In this document: positions 20,430 to 29,018 of the stretch, piece after piece
How the letters are laid out: the number at the start of each line of letters is the position of its first letter
How positions within the stretch are numbered: the stretch's first letter is position 1
Origin: Nitrosopumilus sp.
GTDB taxonomy: Archaea; Thermoproteota; Nitrososphaeria; Nitrososphaerales; Nitrosopumilaceae
Assembly (NCBI GenBank): GCA_965205215.1
Contig: OZ242041.1
Location: 64,001-128,000, forward strand
DNA: 64,000 nt
Reading direction: 5' to 3'
The notes under the pieces: model-generated
Told to the model about the DNA's origin: nothing
The model's database searches: none
The model's input: only the letters and a program-made list of their open reading frames with translations
Made by a program: the position numbers and the translations under genes

Positions 20430-22007
20430 ATGGTGTCCTACTACGAGGTGCTGCGCGCCGCAAGCAAAAAGGAACTGGACGAGGCGGGGCGCGACATTGC
20501 GCCGATATTGGAATCGCTGCCGGCGTCCGGATACGTCGAGGCGGGCCGGCTGGCGGCCGGGGCCGGGGACGGCCGGGCGGCGGAGCGCGCCATAAAATGG
20601 GCCTGCTCTCGCGGCATAATGCAAAGGGCAAAGCAGGGCTGCCGCGTGCTGGAGCTGGAAAGCGTCAGGTTCTGGCTGGGCCAGCTGGGCTCGTCCAGGT
20701 TGAAAAACGTCGGCGGAGTAAGGGATGGAGGCACCAGGAGGACGTACGCAAAAGAGATCGAGGCGTTCAGCAGGTGGCTGCCCAAAGCCGAGTTCCCGGC
20801 GGGGCGCGGGTCCGGCGGGGCGTTCTCAGACGTTGAGGATCTGCTGAGGTTCTGCGAGGCAAACGGCGCGCAGGCGGCAAGGCGCGCCCTCAGGCAGCAC
20901 GTGGCGGAGCTGGCCGGATCCGGCTACTCTGCGAACACGACCAGACTCAGGTGCGCCGCCGTAAAGTCGTACTTTGCCGCGCACGACGTGCCAGTCGACG
21001 TGAGGGTCGACAGGAGGCGCCACGGCAGCGGCGGCCGCGGCGGCGCCATAATCGACTCCGGTATGAGCCTCATGGACTTTTACAAGGTGATGACGGCAGG
21101 CGGGATGGGCGTGACGGCGCGCGCCGTGATGATGGCAAAGTTCCAGGCCGGGCTGGACTCGAGCACCATGGCAGACAGGTTCAACTTTGAGGCATACCCC
21201 CAGATGGTAAAGCACTTTGGGACGGAGGACCGCTCCTCGTGGGATTTGGACCGGTGCCCGGTGCCGATCAGGCTGGTCCGCGTCAAGACGGGCATGCCAT
21301 ATACGACGTTCATAGACAGGGACGCCGTAACCCACCTGCGGGACTGCCTGGCGTGGAAGGAGGGCGCGGACGGGAGGAGGCACGGCGCGGACGAGCCGAT
21401 GTTTGTAACGCAGCGCGGCACCCCGATCACTCCCATCTGGGTGTCATCAAAGTTCTCCATGGCGGCCGTCAACGCCGGCATACAGAAGAGGATCGCCCCG
21501 CGCACGTACATGATGCGCTCGCACGAGGTGCGCGACCTGCTGAAGAGCACGCTGCTGGCCTCGGGGTGCGCGCCGTACGCGGCAGACCACGTGCTGGGGC
21601 ACGCCCCGCGCGACTCGTACGAGAAGCAGGCCGTGCTGTACCCGGAGACGCTGCGCGCAGAGTACGCCAAGGCGTCGTGGAGGATCAACGTGTTCAGCGG
21701 CTTTGAAAAATACTTGGACTCGGTTGCGGCCCTCCCCCGGCCCGGGGACGGCGCGGCGGCGTACGGCCGGGACGGGCGCCCGGGCGGCGGTGACGATCAT
21801 TCTGCCTCCCGCGGGGCGCAGGAGGTACAGGACGCGTTCCAGAAGATGGCGGCCGACATGGCAGACATGTTTCGAACCGTCATGGCAAACAACGGCATGG
21901 GCGCGGCGGGCAAGGCGGCGCGCGGGCTGCAGGACATGCGGGGGGACGGCCGGGATGGTGGTGATGGTGATGGTGATGGTGATGGCGGCGGCGCGGCGGC
22001 GTCGTAA
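20430..22007 (+). CDS. Tyrosine recombinase/integrase family protein
   Basis: SAM-like segment YSANTTRLRCAAVKSYF; catalytic K (RVKTG), HEVR, LGH, Y (RDSYEK); box I reads QAGLDSST. Confidence 0.88.
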   Translation: MVSYYEVLRAASKKELDEAGRDIAPILESLPASGYVEAGRLAAGAGDGRAAERAIKWACSRGIMQRAKQGCRVLELESVRFWLGQLGSSRLKNVGGVRDGGTRRTYAKEIEAFSRWLPKAEFPAGRGSGGAFSDVEDLLRFCEANGAQAARRALRQHVAELAGSGYSANTTRLRCAAVKSYFAAHDVPVDVRVDRRRHGSGGRGGAIIDSGMSLMDFYKVMTAGGMGVTARAVMMAKFQAGLDSSTMADRFNFEAYPQMVKHFGTEDRSSWDLDRCPVPIRLVRVKTGMPYTTFIDRDAVTHLRDCLAWKEGADGRRHGADEPMFVTQRGTPITPIWVSSKFSMAAVNAGIQKRIAPRTYMMRSHEVRDLLKSTLLASGCAPYAADHVLGHAPRDSYEKQAVLYPETLRAEYAKASWRINVFSGFEKYLDSVAALPRPGDGAAAYGRDGRPGGGDDHSASRGAQEVQDAFQKMAADMADMFRTVMANNGMGAAGKAARGLQDMRGDGRDGGDGDGDGDGGGAAAS

Positions 22008-22276
22008 CTACATGTAATGGCGGCGGCGTCGTCGCGACGGGTGCCGCCAGGGCGCGACTGGGATCGCGCGCGTACCGTCAGCTGCAGACAATCCAGCAGC
22101 CGTTGACGGCGACGCGCGCTCCGCCGCCGCCCGGATGCGGTCTTCGCCGTTCTGCCCGTACGCCTGCATGTATGCGAGTCCCCGCCGTCCTTGCTGCGCC
22201 TCTTGCCATCCTTCTCCCCATCTTCTTGGATGCCGTTGGCGTGCCAGATATCATGATTCAACAGGCCTTGCCGCCG

Positions 22277-22333
22277 GGGCGCGTCGCGATCTTAGCTTTT
22301 CGTGTCTTTGGCGGGGAAAAGCCGGGTGGCGCC
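22277..22333. repeat. Right imperfect direct repeat flanking the recombinase
   Basis: GGGCGCGTCGCGATCTTAGCTTTTCGTGTCTTTGGCGGGGAAAAGCCGGGTGGCGCC; internal inverted repeat GCTTTTC/GAAAAGC. Confidence 0.7.
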
Positions 22334-22545
22334 AAAGCCCCACACAGGGCATCAAGGCGCGTAACGCGTCGTGTCCTGCCGTACCCTCCACAGACTTGGA
22401 GGCGCGGCCTGCTACCGGTGGATCGCATGTCCACCTGCACCACGGCCCGGAAGCACGGCAGTATTTCCTGCTCGGTTTGCGGGGTAGCAGGGCGGCTCGT
22501 GCCACACCGCAGAGCCGCACCCTTCGAGCGGAGCGGATTGGGGAA
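22306..22545. ncRNA. Putative structured ncRNA/cis element (unclassified)
   Basis: Stems CTTTGGCG/CGCCAAAG, CAGGGCA/TGTCCTG, GGCGCG/CGCGTC, CCTCCA/TGGAGG, CCTGCTACC/GGTAGCAGG, GGTGGA/TCCACC, GCGGCTC/GAGCCGC; no credible ORF. Confidence 0.35.
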
Positions 22546-22569
22546 TTATGCAATACGCTACCAAGATGC

Positions 22570-22635
22570 GGTGCTGGTGCGGATTCGTGATATGGATGGT
22601 TTGTCGCGTGGATGTCACGAATTCACACCAGCACC
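22570..22635. repeat. 24-bp inverted repeat with 18-nt loop
   Basis: GGTGCTGGTGCGGATTCGTGATAT ... ATGTCACGAATTCACACCAGCACC; 23/24 pairs allowing G-U. Confidence 0.8.
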
Positions 22636-22677
22636 TACTCCATTAAACCTTAATACTCCTGACGCCCAGCCTGTGGC

Positions 22678-22839
22678 ATGGGGCGCAGAAAGACTCAGAA
22701 GATAATACGCACGGGCCCAAAGAACGCCACGACGGGGCTGTGCCCGGCCTGCCAGACCATCGGCAAGGTGTTCCTTCTCGGACCTCCCGGAGAGGAGAGG
22801 GGCAAGTGCGAAAAATGCAGGCAAGAGTTTGAGCTGTAA
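22678..22839 (+). CDS. Small Zn-ribbon protein (53 aa), Elf1-like N-terminus
   Basis: Hand-translated MGRRKTQKIIRTGPKNATTGLCPACQTIGKVFLLGPPGEERGKCEKCRQEFEL; TATA-like AAACCTTAATA ~25 nt upstream. Confidence 0.8.
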   Translation: MGRRKTQKIIRTGPKNATTGLCPACQTIGKVFLLGPPGEERGKCEKCRQEFEL

Positions 22840-23018
22840 CCTGGACTCGAGAGCATACGCCTGCACGCCTTTTATACTGCCTGCCCTGTCGGGGCCGCGG
22901 ATGCGGCAGAGATGCCGTTACAAGCCAAATATATGATCAAAAATTGTCCGCCTGACCGCACTGCACGCCGCACGGCACATAGGATATCTTTTTTTAGATC
23001 CACATCTGACAATGATCG

Positions 23019-23189
23019 ATGAGTACTGAAGCTGAGACCATCTATGACCGCGTGTCTGCACTTGAAGAAGAGGTTGCAGTGCTACGAAGCGAGGTTGATT
23101 TGCTCAAAAGGGCGCTGCGCAACAAGATCGCCCGTCACGAGATATCCATGATCAAGGAAGGCAAGGATGTCGAGAGCATTATTGACTAG
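23019..23189 (+). CDS. Small coiled-coil hypothetical protein (56 aa)
   Basis: Hand-translated MSTEAETIYDRVSALEEEVAVLRSEVDLLKRALRNKIARHEISMIKEGKDVESIID; heptad pattern; T-rich box upstream. Confidence 0.75.
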   Translation: MSTEAETIYDRVSALEEEVAVLRSEVDLLKRALRNKIARHEISMIKEGKDVESIID

Positions 23190-23350
23190 ACGCGGCGGCG
23201 GGAATAGCGGCGGCAACAACGCGCGCCAAGAGGCGGCGGCAGGACGCCGGGCATACTTTGGTTTGTAGTTGGCGCTCGCCAGTTGCGCTCAGGGTGCGCA
23301 GCGGCCAGTGCACGGCCCGAACGACGGCCCGGCCGCGCGGCCAGCCGGCG

Positions 23351-24550
23351 TCACCTGACGACCCTCTCCATATAACGCGACGGCTCCTTCAGCTCCCTTG
23401 TCGTGGGCGGCTCGCGTATCATGTCTGAGAACGCATCCCTGCCGCGCGCGTCGTATACGGCCCTTGCAAAGTCGCGCCCCATGTTCTTCCTGATCTTGTA
23501 CGTGCTCAGGTCGGTCCCCATGAACGTGCCCAGGTACTTTGCAAAGTCCTCGTCGTCCCCAAGGATGTTCTCAACTGCCAGTGCCGCCATCCCCTCCATT
23601 GTGGTGAATGCCGAATGGTGCCTCTGTATGGGGCCGAGCCACTCCATGTACGTCTCGTGTATGTCAGGAATGGCGCGCTCTATGGTCGGATCTATCTCGA
23701 CGTGCGTGTACGTCATGATGTCAGGGCCGATCTGCTCTATCAGGAAATGATCCGGGTTCAGAAAGAAGAACAGGTTGGCCCTCTTTGCAAACGGAAAGTC
23801 GTCTGGCACCGTCTGCAGCTGGCAGTGCTCTGCAAGCATGTTTACGGTGTCCGTGTCCAGGCCCATTATGGCCTCTGCAAGCCGTTCGTTTATCGTGTTT
23901 ACGTGAGCTGCCGCCTCCGCGTTTGCGCGGTGCAGGTTTCCCTGCGCCGAGTGTATCATCTCCTCAAGCACGGTCATCTTTACGGCCCCGACGTACCCGG
24001 AGTTTACCTCGCCGAACCTAGACTCGTACGGCTCGCCCTGCCTGTACAGTATTATCCCCGGATACCTTGAGAGGACGAACTTGTTGAGGTATATCACAGA
24101 GTCCAGGTAGTCGCCGTACGTCGTGGTTATCTTTGAGATGTACTGTATGGCATAGGTCGAATACACCAGATATTTGGCGGTGTCCCTCTCCATCAGGCCC
24201 GCTATCGCCGCCTGGTCCTCTGACGCGACAGCCTCGAACAGGTCGGTCACGAACGCCCGCGCATCCTCGCTGCCCGCAAAGACCTTTGCGGCCTTTAGCC
24301 TCTTGAGGCCGTCGAGCTCCGGATACTCCAGCCGGAGCCCTTCTTGGCACCTTGCGCCGAGGAACTCCTCGGCCTTTTGCACGTATGCGGGGAATATCCC
24401 CTCGGCGACTTGTTCCAGCTCATCGAACCTGACCCTGTCCCCCAGGCTCTCGGCGGCCTTTGCGCCAAGGCTCTCAATCTCGGCCTCCTCGCTGATCTCG
24501 ACTGAAAGCTGGCCAAACAGGGCCTCGGCAAACTCGTCGAACTCCTTCAA
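23351..24550 (-). CDS. Zincin-like (DUF2342-like) hypothetical protein
   Basis: 399 aa; VLEEMIHSAQ ... TMEGMA ... GRDFARAVY..PPT pattern. Confidence 0.7.
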   Translation of the reverse strand: MKEFDEFAEALFGQLSVEISEEAEIESLGAKAAESLGDRVRFDELEQVAEGIFPAYVQKAEEFLGARCQEGLRLEYPELDGLKRLKAAKVFAGSEDARAFVTDLFEAVASEDQAAIAGLMERDTAKYLVYSTYAIQYISKITTTYGDYLDSVIYLNKFVLSRYPGIILYRQGEPYESRFGEVNSGYVGAVKMTVLEEMIHSAQGNLHRANAEAAAHVNTINERLAEAIMGLDTDTVNMLAEHCQLQTVPDDFPFAKRANLFFFLNPDHFLIEQIGPDIMTYTHVEIDPTIERAIPDIHETYMEWLGPIQRHHSAFTTMEGMAALAVENILGDDEDFAKYLGTFMGTDLSTYKIRKNMGRDFARAVYDARGRDAFSDMIREPPTTRELKEPSRYMERVVR

Positions 24551-24690
24551 CGCGCATGCAACGAACGACTACAATTTAACACTAACCTGACTTGTGCGTG
24601 CGCGCGCGGCCGGCCCGTGCACGCCCCCCGCCCCTCTCCACGAATGCCGATTGCAACAACAGTGAAATACAAAAGACGCCACGGTATGGC

Positions 24691-25065
24691 ATGGTGTCAG
24701 CCGTCGTCATCCCGATTATAGTGGTGGCCATAGTGGGACTTGCCGGGTATCTCGTATACCGGTACCTGGTGATGGAGGTGTCAGCCCGGCGGGCCGTCAC
24801 CCGAACGCTGCGGCGATACCGCATAGAGAAGACCCCGTCGCAGATAATACGCGAGTACCACATGATCAGGGGCCAGTCCCTCTCCGAGGGGGAGATCCGC
24901 GGCATGGAAAAAGAGTACATGCGCAACGGGCCGGACAAGTTCCTCGAGATGTACGACGAGATAAGGGACAAACCGGTGCGAAACGGCGCAGGGAGCCAGG
25001 GCGCAGACGGCAGCGGCCCCGGATCTGCAAGCGGCTCCAAAGGCGGCTCGATTGGGGACAAGTAG
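24691..25065 (+). CDS. Single-pass membrane hypothetical protein
   Basis: Likely start ATG 24691; TM VVIPIIVVAIVGLAGYLVY. Confidence 0.75.
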   Translation: MVSAVVIPIIVVAIVGLAGYLVYRYLVMEVSARRAVTRTLRRYRIEKTPSQIIREYHMIRGQSLSEGEIRGMEKEYMRNGPDKFLEMYDEIRDKPVRNGAGSQGADGSGPGSASGSKGGSIGDK

Positions 25066-25134
25066 TTGCTGTTGTGGCTCATATGCCCGCATGATGCAGT
25101 ATGGCGGTCCTGGCGCATACCGCACCGGCTGTGT

Positions 25135-25992
25135 CTATGGCGACACCGGGATCTGTATGAACGGCGTCCCGCCCTCGCCTACAACAAGTGGCAGCTGGCC
25201 GTCCCATGCCTGGGTCTTTAGCCACTCAAGATAGTTGGGATTCTCTGCAAGAGCCTGGTTGATGATTGAAATGGCCTCTGCCTCGCCCTTTGCCTCCGCG
25301 ATGTTCGCGTTTGCGACTCCGACCGCGTTGGCCTCACGCTGCTTTGCCTCCACCTCTATCCTTCTCAGATCGTTCTCTGCCTTTAGCGCCCTCTGCTCTG
25401 CCTCCACCTTTGCCTCTATGGCCTGGGCAAAGAGCGGCGAGAACTCAAAGTCGGTTATCGATATTACCTCTGTCACCACATTGAACTGCGCAAGCCTCTC
25501 CCTGATGGACGACTCTATGTCCTGCTTTACAAGCGGCCTCTTTGTAATCAGCTCCTCTGCGTTGTAGTTTGCCGTAACCTGCTTTACGGTCTCCTCTATG
25601 GCCGGCTGTATGACCCTGTTCTCATAGTCTAGCCCCAGGTTCTTGTACAGCGTGTGTACGTGCTCCCTGTCGGGGTGATAGTTGACCGTAACCGTGGTCT
25701 CGACTGTCTGGAGGTCCTTTGAGGCGCTCCTCGTCTCCTTATCGTACTTTAGCGTCCTGACCTCTATGTTTACGACGTCGTCTTGGAACGGCACTACAAA
25801 GTGCAGCCCCTCGTCAAGCGGGGGGGCCGCAAGGTCTACTGCATTCCAGTGAAGCAGTACGCCCCTGTGCCCGGCGTCCACTATCTTGACAGACGCAAAG
25901 ACCACGACCCCGATTACAATCAGTATGATGATTCCGATTGCAACGCCCTTTGCCGCGTTGGTGTTAACCTTTGGCGACTGGTATCTTGACAT
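25135..25992 (-). CDS. Prohibitin/SPFH (band 7) protein
   Basis: N-terminal TM; GHRGV, GLHFVVP, SKDLQ, AIEAK..AEQ.A. Confidence 0.95.
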   Translation of the reverse strand: MSRYQSPKVNTNAAKGVAIGIIILIVIGVVVFASVKIVDAGHRGVLLHWNAVDLAAPPLDEGLHFVVPFQDDVVNIEVRTLKYDKETRSASKDLQTVETTVTVNYHPDREHVHTLYKNLGLDYENRVIQPAIEETVKQVTANYNAEELITKRPLVKQDIESSIRERLAQFNVVTEVISITDFEFSPLFAQAIEAKVEAEQRALKAENDLRRIEVEAKQREANAVGVANANIAEAKGEAEAISIINQALAENPNYLEWLKTQAWDGQLPLVVGEGGTPFIQIPVSP

Positions 25993-26289
25993 ACCTTGAG
26001 GCGGGACGCCTGCCTTATTATACTATCCTGAATCCTCCTCCAAGCCCATCCCTGTCGGCCCGCCTAGGTCTCCGTCCTCCGTCTCTCGGGCCATCATGGC
26101 AGGTGCGGGGTGTCGGCATGCGGCGCCAATTCGTGGGGGCGACCGGCCAGTCAGATACTTGACCAGCTGGGTGGGACTCGGGTCCCAGGGGATCGGATCC
26201 TTGATTGGCATCTGGGGAGTGGGGGCGGAGATGGGGGGCGGATCTCTTGCACTCTCAACAGATTTAACGTGCGGGGACGTACATGCGGC

Positions 26290-26835
26290 ATGGTAACCGG
26301 CGAATACTGGTGGCTCATATACCTGCTGTTCCTAGCGATTCCGCTTGCAAGGATAATCCCGCGACTGGCCTCGCGAACTCGGATGTCCGGGCGTGACGAT
26401 GATCGTGCGCGCCATCCCGGCTCGGGTGGCGTGTGGGCCGGCGCCGGTGACCGCAGTCACCGCAACCGTGACGATGTTGGTGCAAACCCTGAACGTGCCG
26501 AGCGGCCGGGGGCGGCATCGGAGGGGCAGGGCGCAGCGGGAGAGGGGCGGCCGGCTTTTGCAGAGCCTCGCGGCCGACGCGACACGCCCCGGGACGGGCC
26601 TGCATCAAAGGCAGAACAGACCGACGAGATGATCGTGCTGGGCGCGATGCACCGGGGCGCCAAGACGTTTGCGTCAATTCAGAAAAAGACCGGCATGGAC
26701 GACGGTTCGCTGAACAAGGCCCTTGAGAACCTCGAGGGGCGCCAGATGATAAAGGTGGTCACAAGAAAGGGACTCATGGGGACAAAGGTCGAGATGTACC
26801 CGACTGACAAGGGGTTTCGCAGTTACTACTCGTGA
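26290..26835 (+). CDS. Membrane-anchored winged-helix protein
   Basis: Likely start ATG 26290; TM WWLIYLLFLAIPLA, low-complexity linker, C-terminal wHTH ending PTDKG. Confidence 0.75.
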   Translation: MVTGEYWWLIYLLFLAIPLARIIPRLASRTRMSGRDDDRARHPGSGGVWAGAGDRSHRNRDDVGANPERAERPGAASEGQGAAGEGRPAFAEPRGRRDTPRDGPASKAEQTDEMIVLGAMHRGAKTFASIQKKTGMDDGSLNKALENLEGRQMIKVVTRKGLMGTKVEMYPTDKGFRSYYS

Positions 26836-26915
26836 TTAAACATGATGCACCTGCGGCTGCCGGATCGTCGCCGTTGGCGAGTGGGCGGCGGCGTCACGGT
26901 GATGGGGATGGTGTG

Positions 26916-27032
26916 TGCCGGGGGCGGGTTTCGAACCCGCGACCTCCAGATTATGAGTCTTGCCTTCTTTTTGGAGAACCGCTAGAGCCTGCCAACTGAA
27001 CTGGCACTCTAACCAGGCTGAGCTACCCCGGC
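26916..27032 (-). tRNA. tRNA-Met (CAT, elongator type) with 42-nt non-canonical intron at 30/31 (26959-27000)
   Basis: Acceptor GCCGGGG/CCCCGGC; D arm GCTC/GAGT; anticodon arm CCAGA-CTCATAA-TCTGG after splicing; T arm GCGGG-TTCGAAA-CCCGC; BHB central helix TGCC/GGCA. Confidence 0.93.
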
Positions 27033-27131
27033 ATGACTGTAGCGTCTTTTGGTGGGAAATTAAATGCTACGTCGCAGTAGCCAGTTTCAGATTCCTGTCG
27101 CGGTGGATTCCCATGATGTCGTGTTGGTCGG

Positions 27132-28913
27132 CTACGCCTGCGGCGCCGCACCTGTCTCCGCGGTATCATCCGCAAACTCGTCGTTTCGGCCGTACGTCTC
27201 TGAGATCTCAGACCAGTCAAGTCTCTCGCCGTGTACCCACAGGAACTTTCTCTGCAGGGCAGCCGTGTACAGCTTCTCCCACTCGGTCTTGGTCTCGTCA
27301 GTCCAGGCCTTTACCACGCGCGGATCGATATAGTTCCGCAGGGACGTGCCGAGGTTGTAGTCACGCGTCTTCTTGACCAGTTTTATCTGAAGTTTCATCC
27401 TCTCAAGCCTGTCACTGTGCCTTGCCTTCTGCCTCTTTATCTGCTCGTTGAGCCTTCTGATCCGCTTTCTCTTGTTCTTCTTCTGGGTCTCGGTCTTGGG
27501 CTTTGCATCCTTTGCCTTTTTGAGGTTGGCCTGGGCCTTTTCCCACGGCTTTTTGTTTTTAGCCTCCTCGTACTTTGTCTCCTTCTTCTTCAGTGACTCT
27601 TCAAAATTCTTTGGTATGGTCCTCTTGTGGTTGCACATTATGGCCGCCTCCAGATTGGCGCGCTTTGCACGATAGATCTTTTGGTGCGAGGTCGCGTCCT
27701 TTACATCATCCACATGTTCTGCAAGGTGCTTTTTGACTACCTTTGTGGCGCTGTACGTCCTGAAGACCTTTGCGCTGAGCCCCTTTACAATCCCAGAATA
27801 GTACGCGTTGACGTGGCTTGAGCGTATGCCGTCGAATATCTCATCTTTGGGTTTTTTGCCAGATATTATCTCCTTGAGGTTGGCGCGCAGCCTCTCGTCG
27901 CGCGGATTGGCGCACGGTATGGTTTCCTCCCACCTGACGCTGTCCTTGCCAAGAAAGTCGAACTTTATCGCGGCGTCTGATATCGTGACGTGCTCCTTTC
28001 GCAGCGTGGTGGCGCCTACCGTGTCGGCCTCGTCGGGATCCTTCTCGTCGCCCACCCTCATCGCCGTGCGGTATATCATATAGCACACGGTCGATATCTT
28101 GCGCTTTTTGGAATCGCGGCTTGCCATGTCTTTGGCCATGTGGTCAAGTATCTTGGCTATGCCGGAGGAGAGCGTCTCCGCCTTGAGGTACTTTGCCTTG
28201 TCCATGCTCTGCTTTATCTCGGACGTGTCTGCAAGCCACACGTACTTTGTCTTCTGCGTCAGGTAGTCTGTCCAGCTTGCAAGCCATGTGGCGCCCCTGT
28301 TCTCTATGATGGATTTCCACTGGCCCTCCGGCCTGGGCGCGTCCTTGCTCATGTTGAGTATGACGTCTTCCTTGGTGATGCGCGGCTTCCACTTCCCTCT
28401 CAGCGGGTGGTCTCCCCTGCCGATGAATATCCCGGGAGGCTCTGCCATGTAGTTTCCCACGTCGACCTCCTTGTCGTCCAGAACGGCCTTGCCGTACTCT
28501 GCCTTTAGTTTTTCGCGGATCTCCTTTCTCTTGGTCGCGGCCGCCTTCCTCTCCTCCTTTGTCATGGCGTCCTTGCGGTCCTTTTCCATGTCCACTATCC
28601 TGTACGCGTCTGCAAAGTCCACGTCCTTGTACTCGAGTCCCTTGTACTCGGGGCCCAGGGCCGCGGCAAGGTCACGTGTAAAGTTGGACTGGAACACGGC
28701 ATCCTGCACGTACGGCGTGTCCTTCTTCTTTGCCCACTGGTACGCCATCTCCTCCTGGAGCAGGTTGGGTTTGAACTCCTTGCCCCTTATCCTTATCGAG
28801 AACCCCCTCGACTCGTATTCGGGCGGGAATATGATGCCTTTGTGCCGCAGCGTCTTCCACCGCTTCTCGTTCTTGTTGTTGTTGTTAGTCTTCTTCTTCT
28901 TACTGCCTGCCAT
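27132..28913 (-). CDS. top1: DNA topoisomerase IB
   Basis: MRVGDEK, GKDS, KVFRTY, CNHKR, GTSLRNYIDPR motifs. Confidence 0.97.
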   Translation of the reverse strand: MAGSKKKKTNNNNKNEKRWKTLRHKGIIFPPEYESRGFSIRIRGKEFKPNLLQEEMAYQWAKKKDTPYVQDAVFQSNFTRDLAAALGPEYKGLEYKDVDFADAYRIVDMEKDRKDAMTKEERKAAATKRKEIREKLKAEYGKAVLDDKEVDVGNYMAEPPGIFIGRGDHPLRGKWKPRITKEDVILNMSKDAPRPEGQWKSIIENRGATWLASWTDYLTQKTKYVWLADTSEIKQSMDKAKYLKAETLSSGIAKILDHMAKDMASRDSKKRKISTVCYMIYRTAMRVGDEKDPDEADTVGATTLRKEHVTISDAAIKFDFLGKDSVRWEETIPCANPRDERLRANLKEIISGKKPKDEIFDGIRSSHVNAYYSGIVKGLSAKVFRTYSATKVVKKHLAEHVDDVKDATSHQKIYRAKRANLEAAIMCNHKRTIPKNFEESLKKKETKYEEAKNKKPWEKAQANLKKAKDAKPKTETQKKNKRKRIRRLNEQIKRQKARHSDRLERMKLQIKLVKKTRDYNLGTSLRNYIDPRVVKAWTDETKTEWEKLYTAALQRKFLWVHGERLDWSEISETYGRNDEFADDTAETGAAPQA

Positions 28914-29018
28914 CGTGAAACCTGAATCAGACTGACGAGCGCCAATATGTATATCAATATAACGTGCGTCAGGCGGCAGGCAGACCCTGTCGCCGGCCGC
29001 GGCCGCCGGCCGCCATGC

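Noticed and set aside
22430-22470. GGCCCGGAAG as SRP RNA helix 8
   Set aside because: Lacks the following GGAGCA and the Alu-domain 5' end.
26916-26960. tRNA-Met as the integrase attachment site
   Set aside because: No duplicate of the tRNA 3' end found in the window; core genes lie between.
27132-28913. Eukaryote-like topoisomerase IB as a novelty
   Set aside because: Established feature of Thaumarchaeota.
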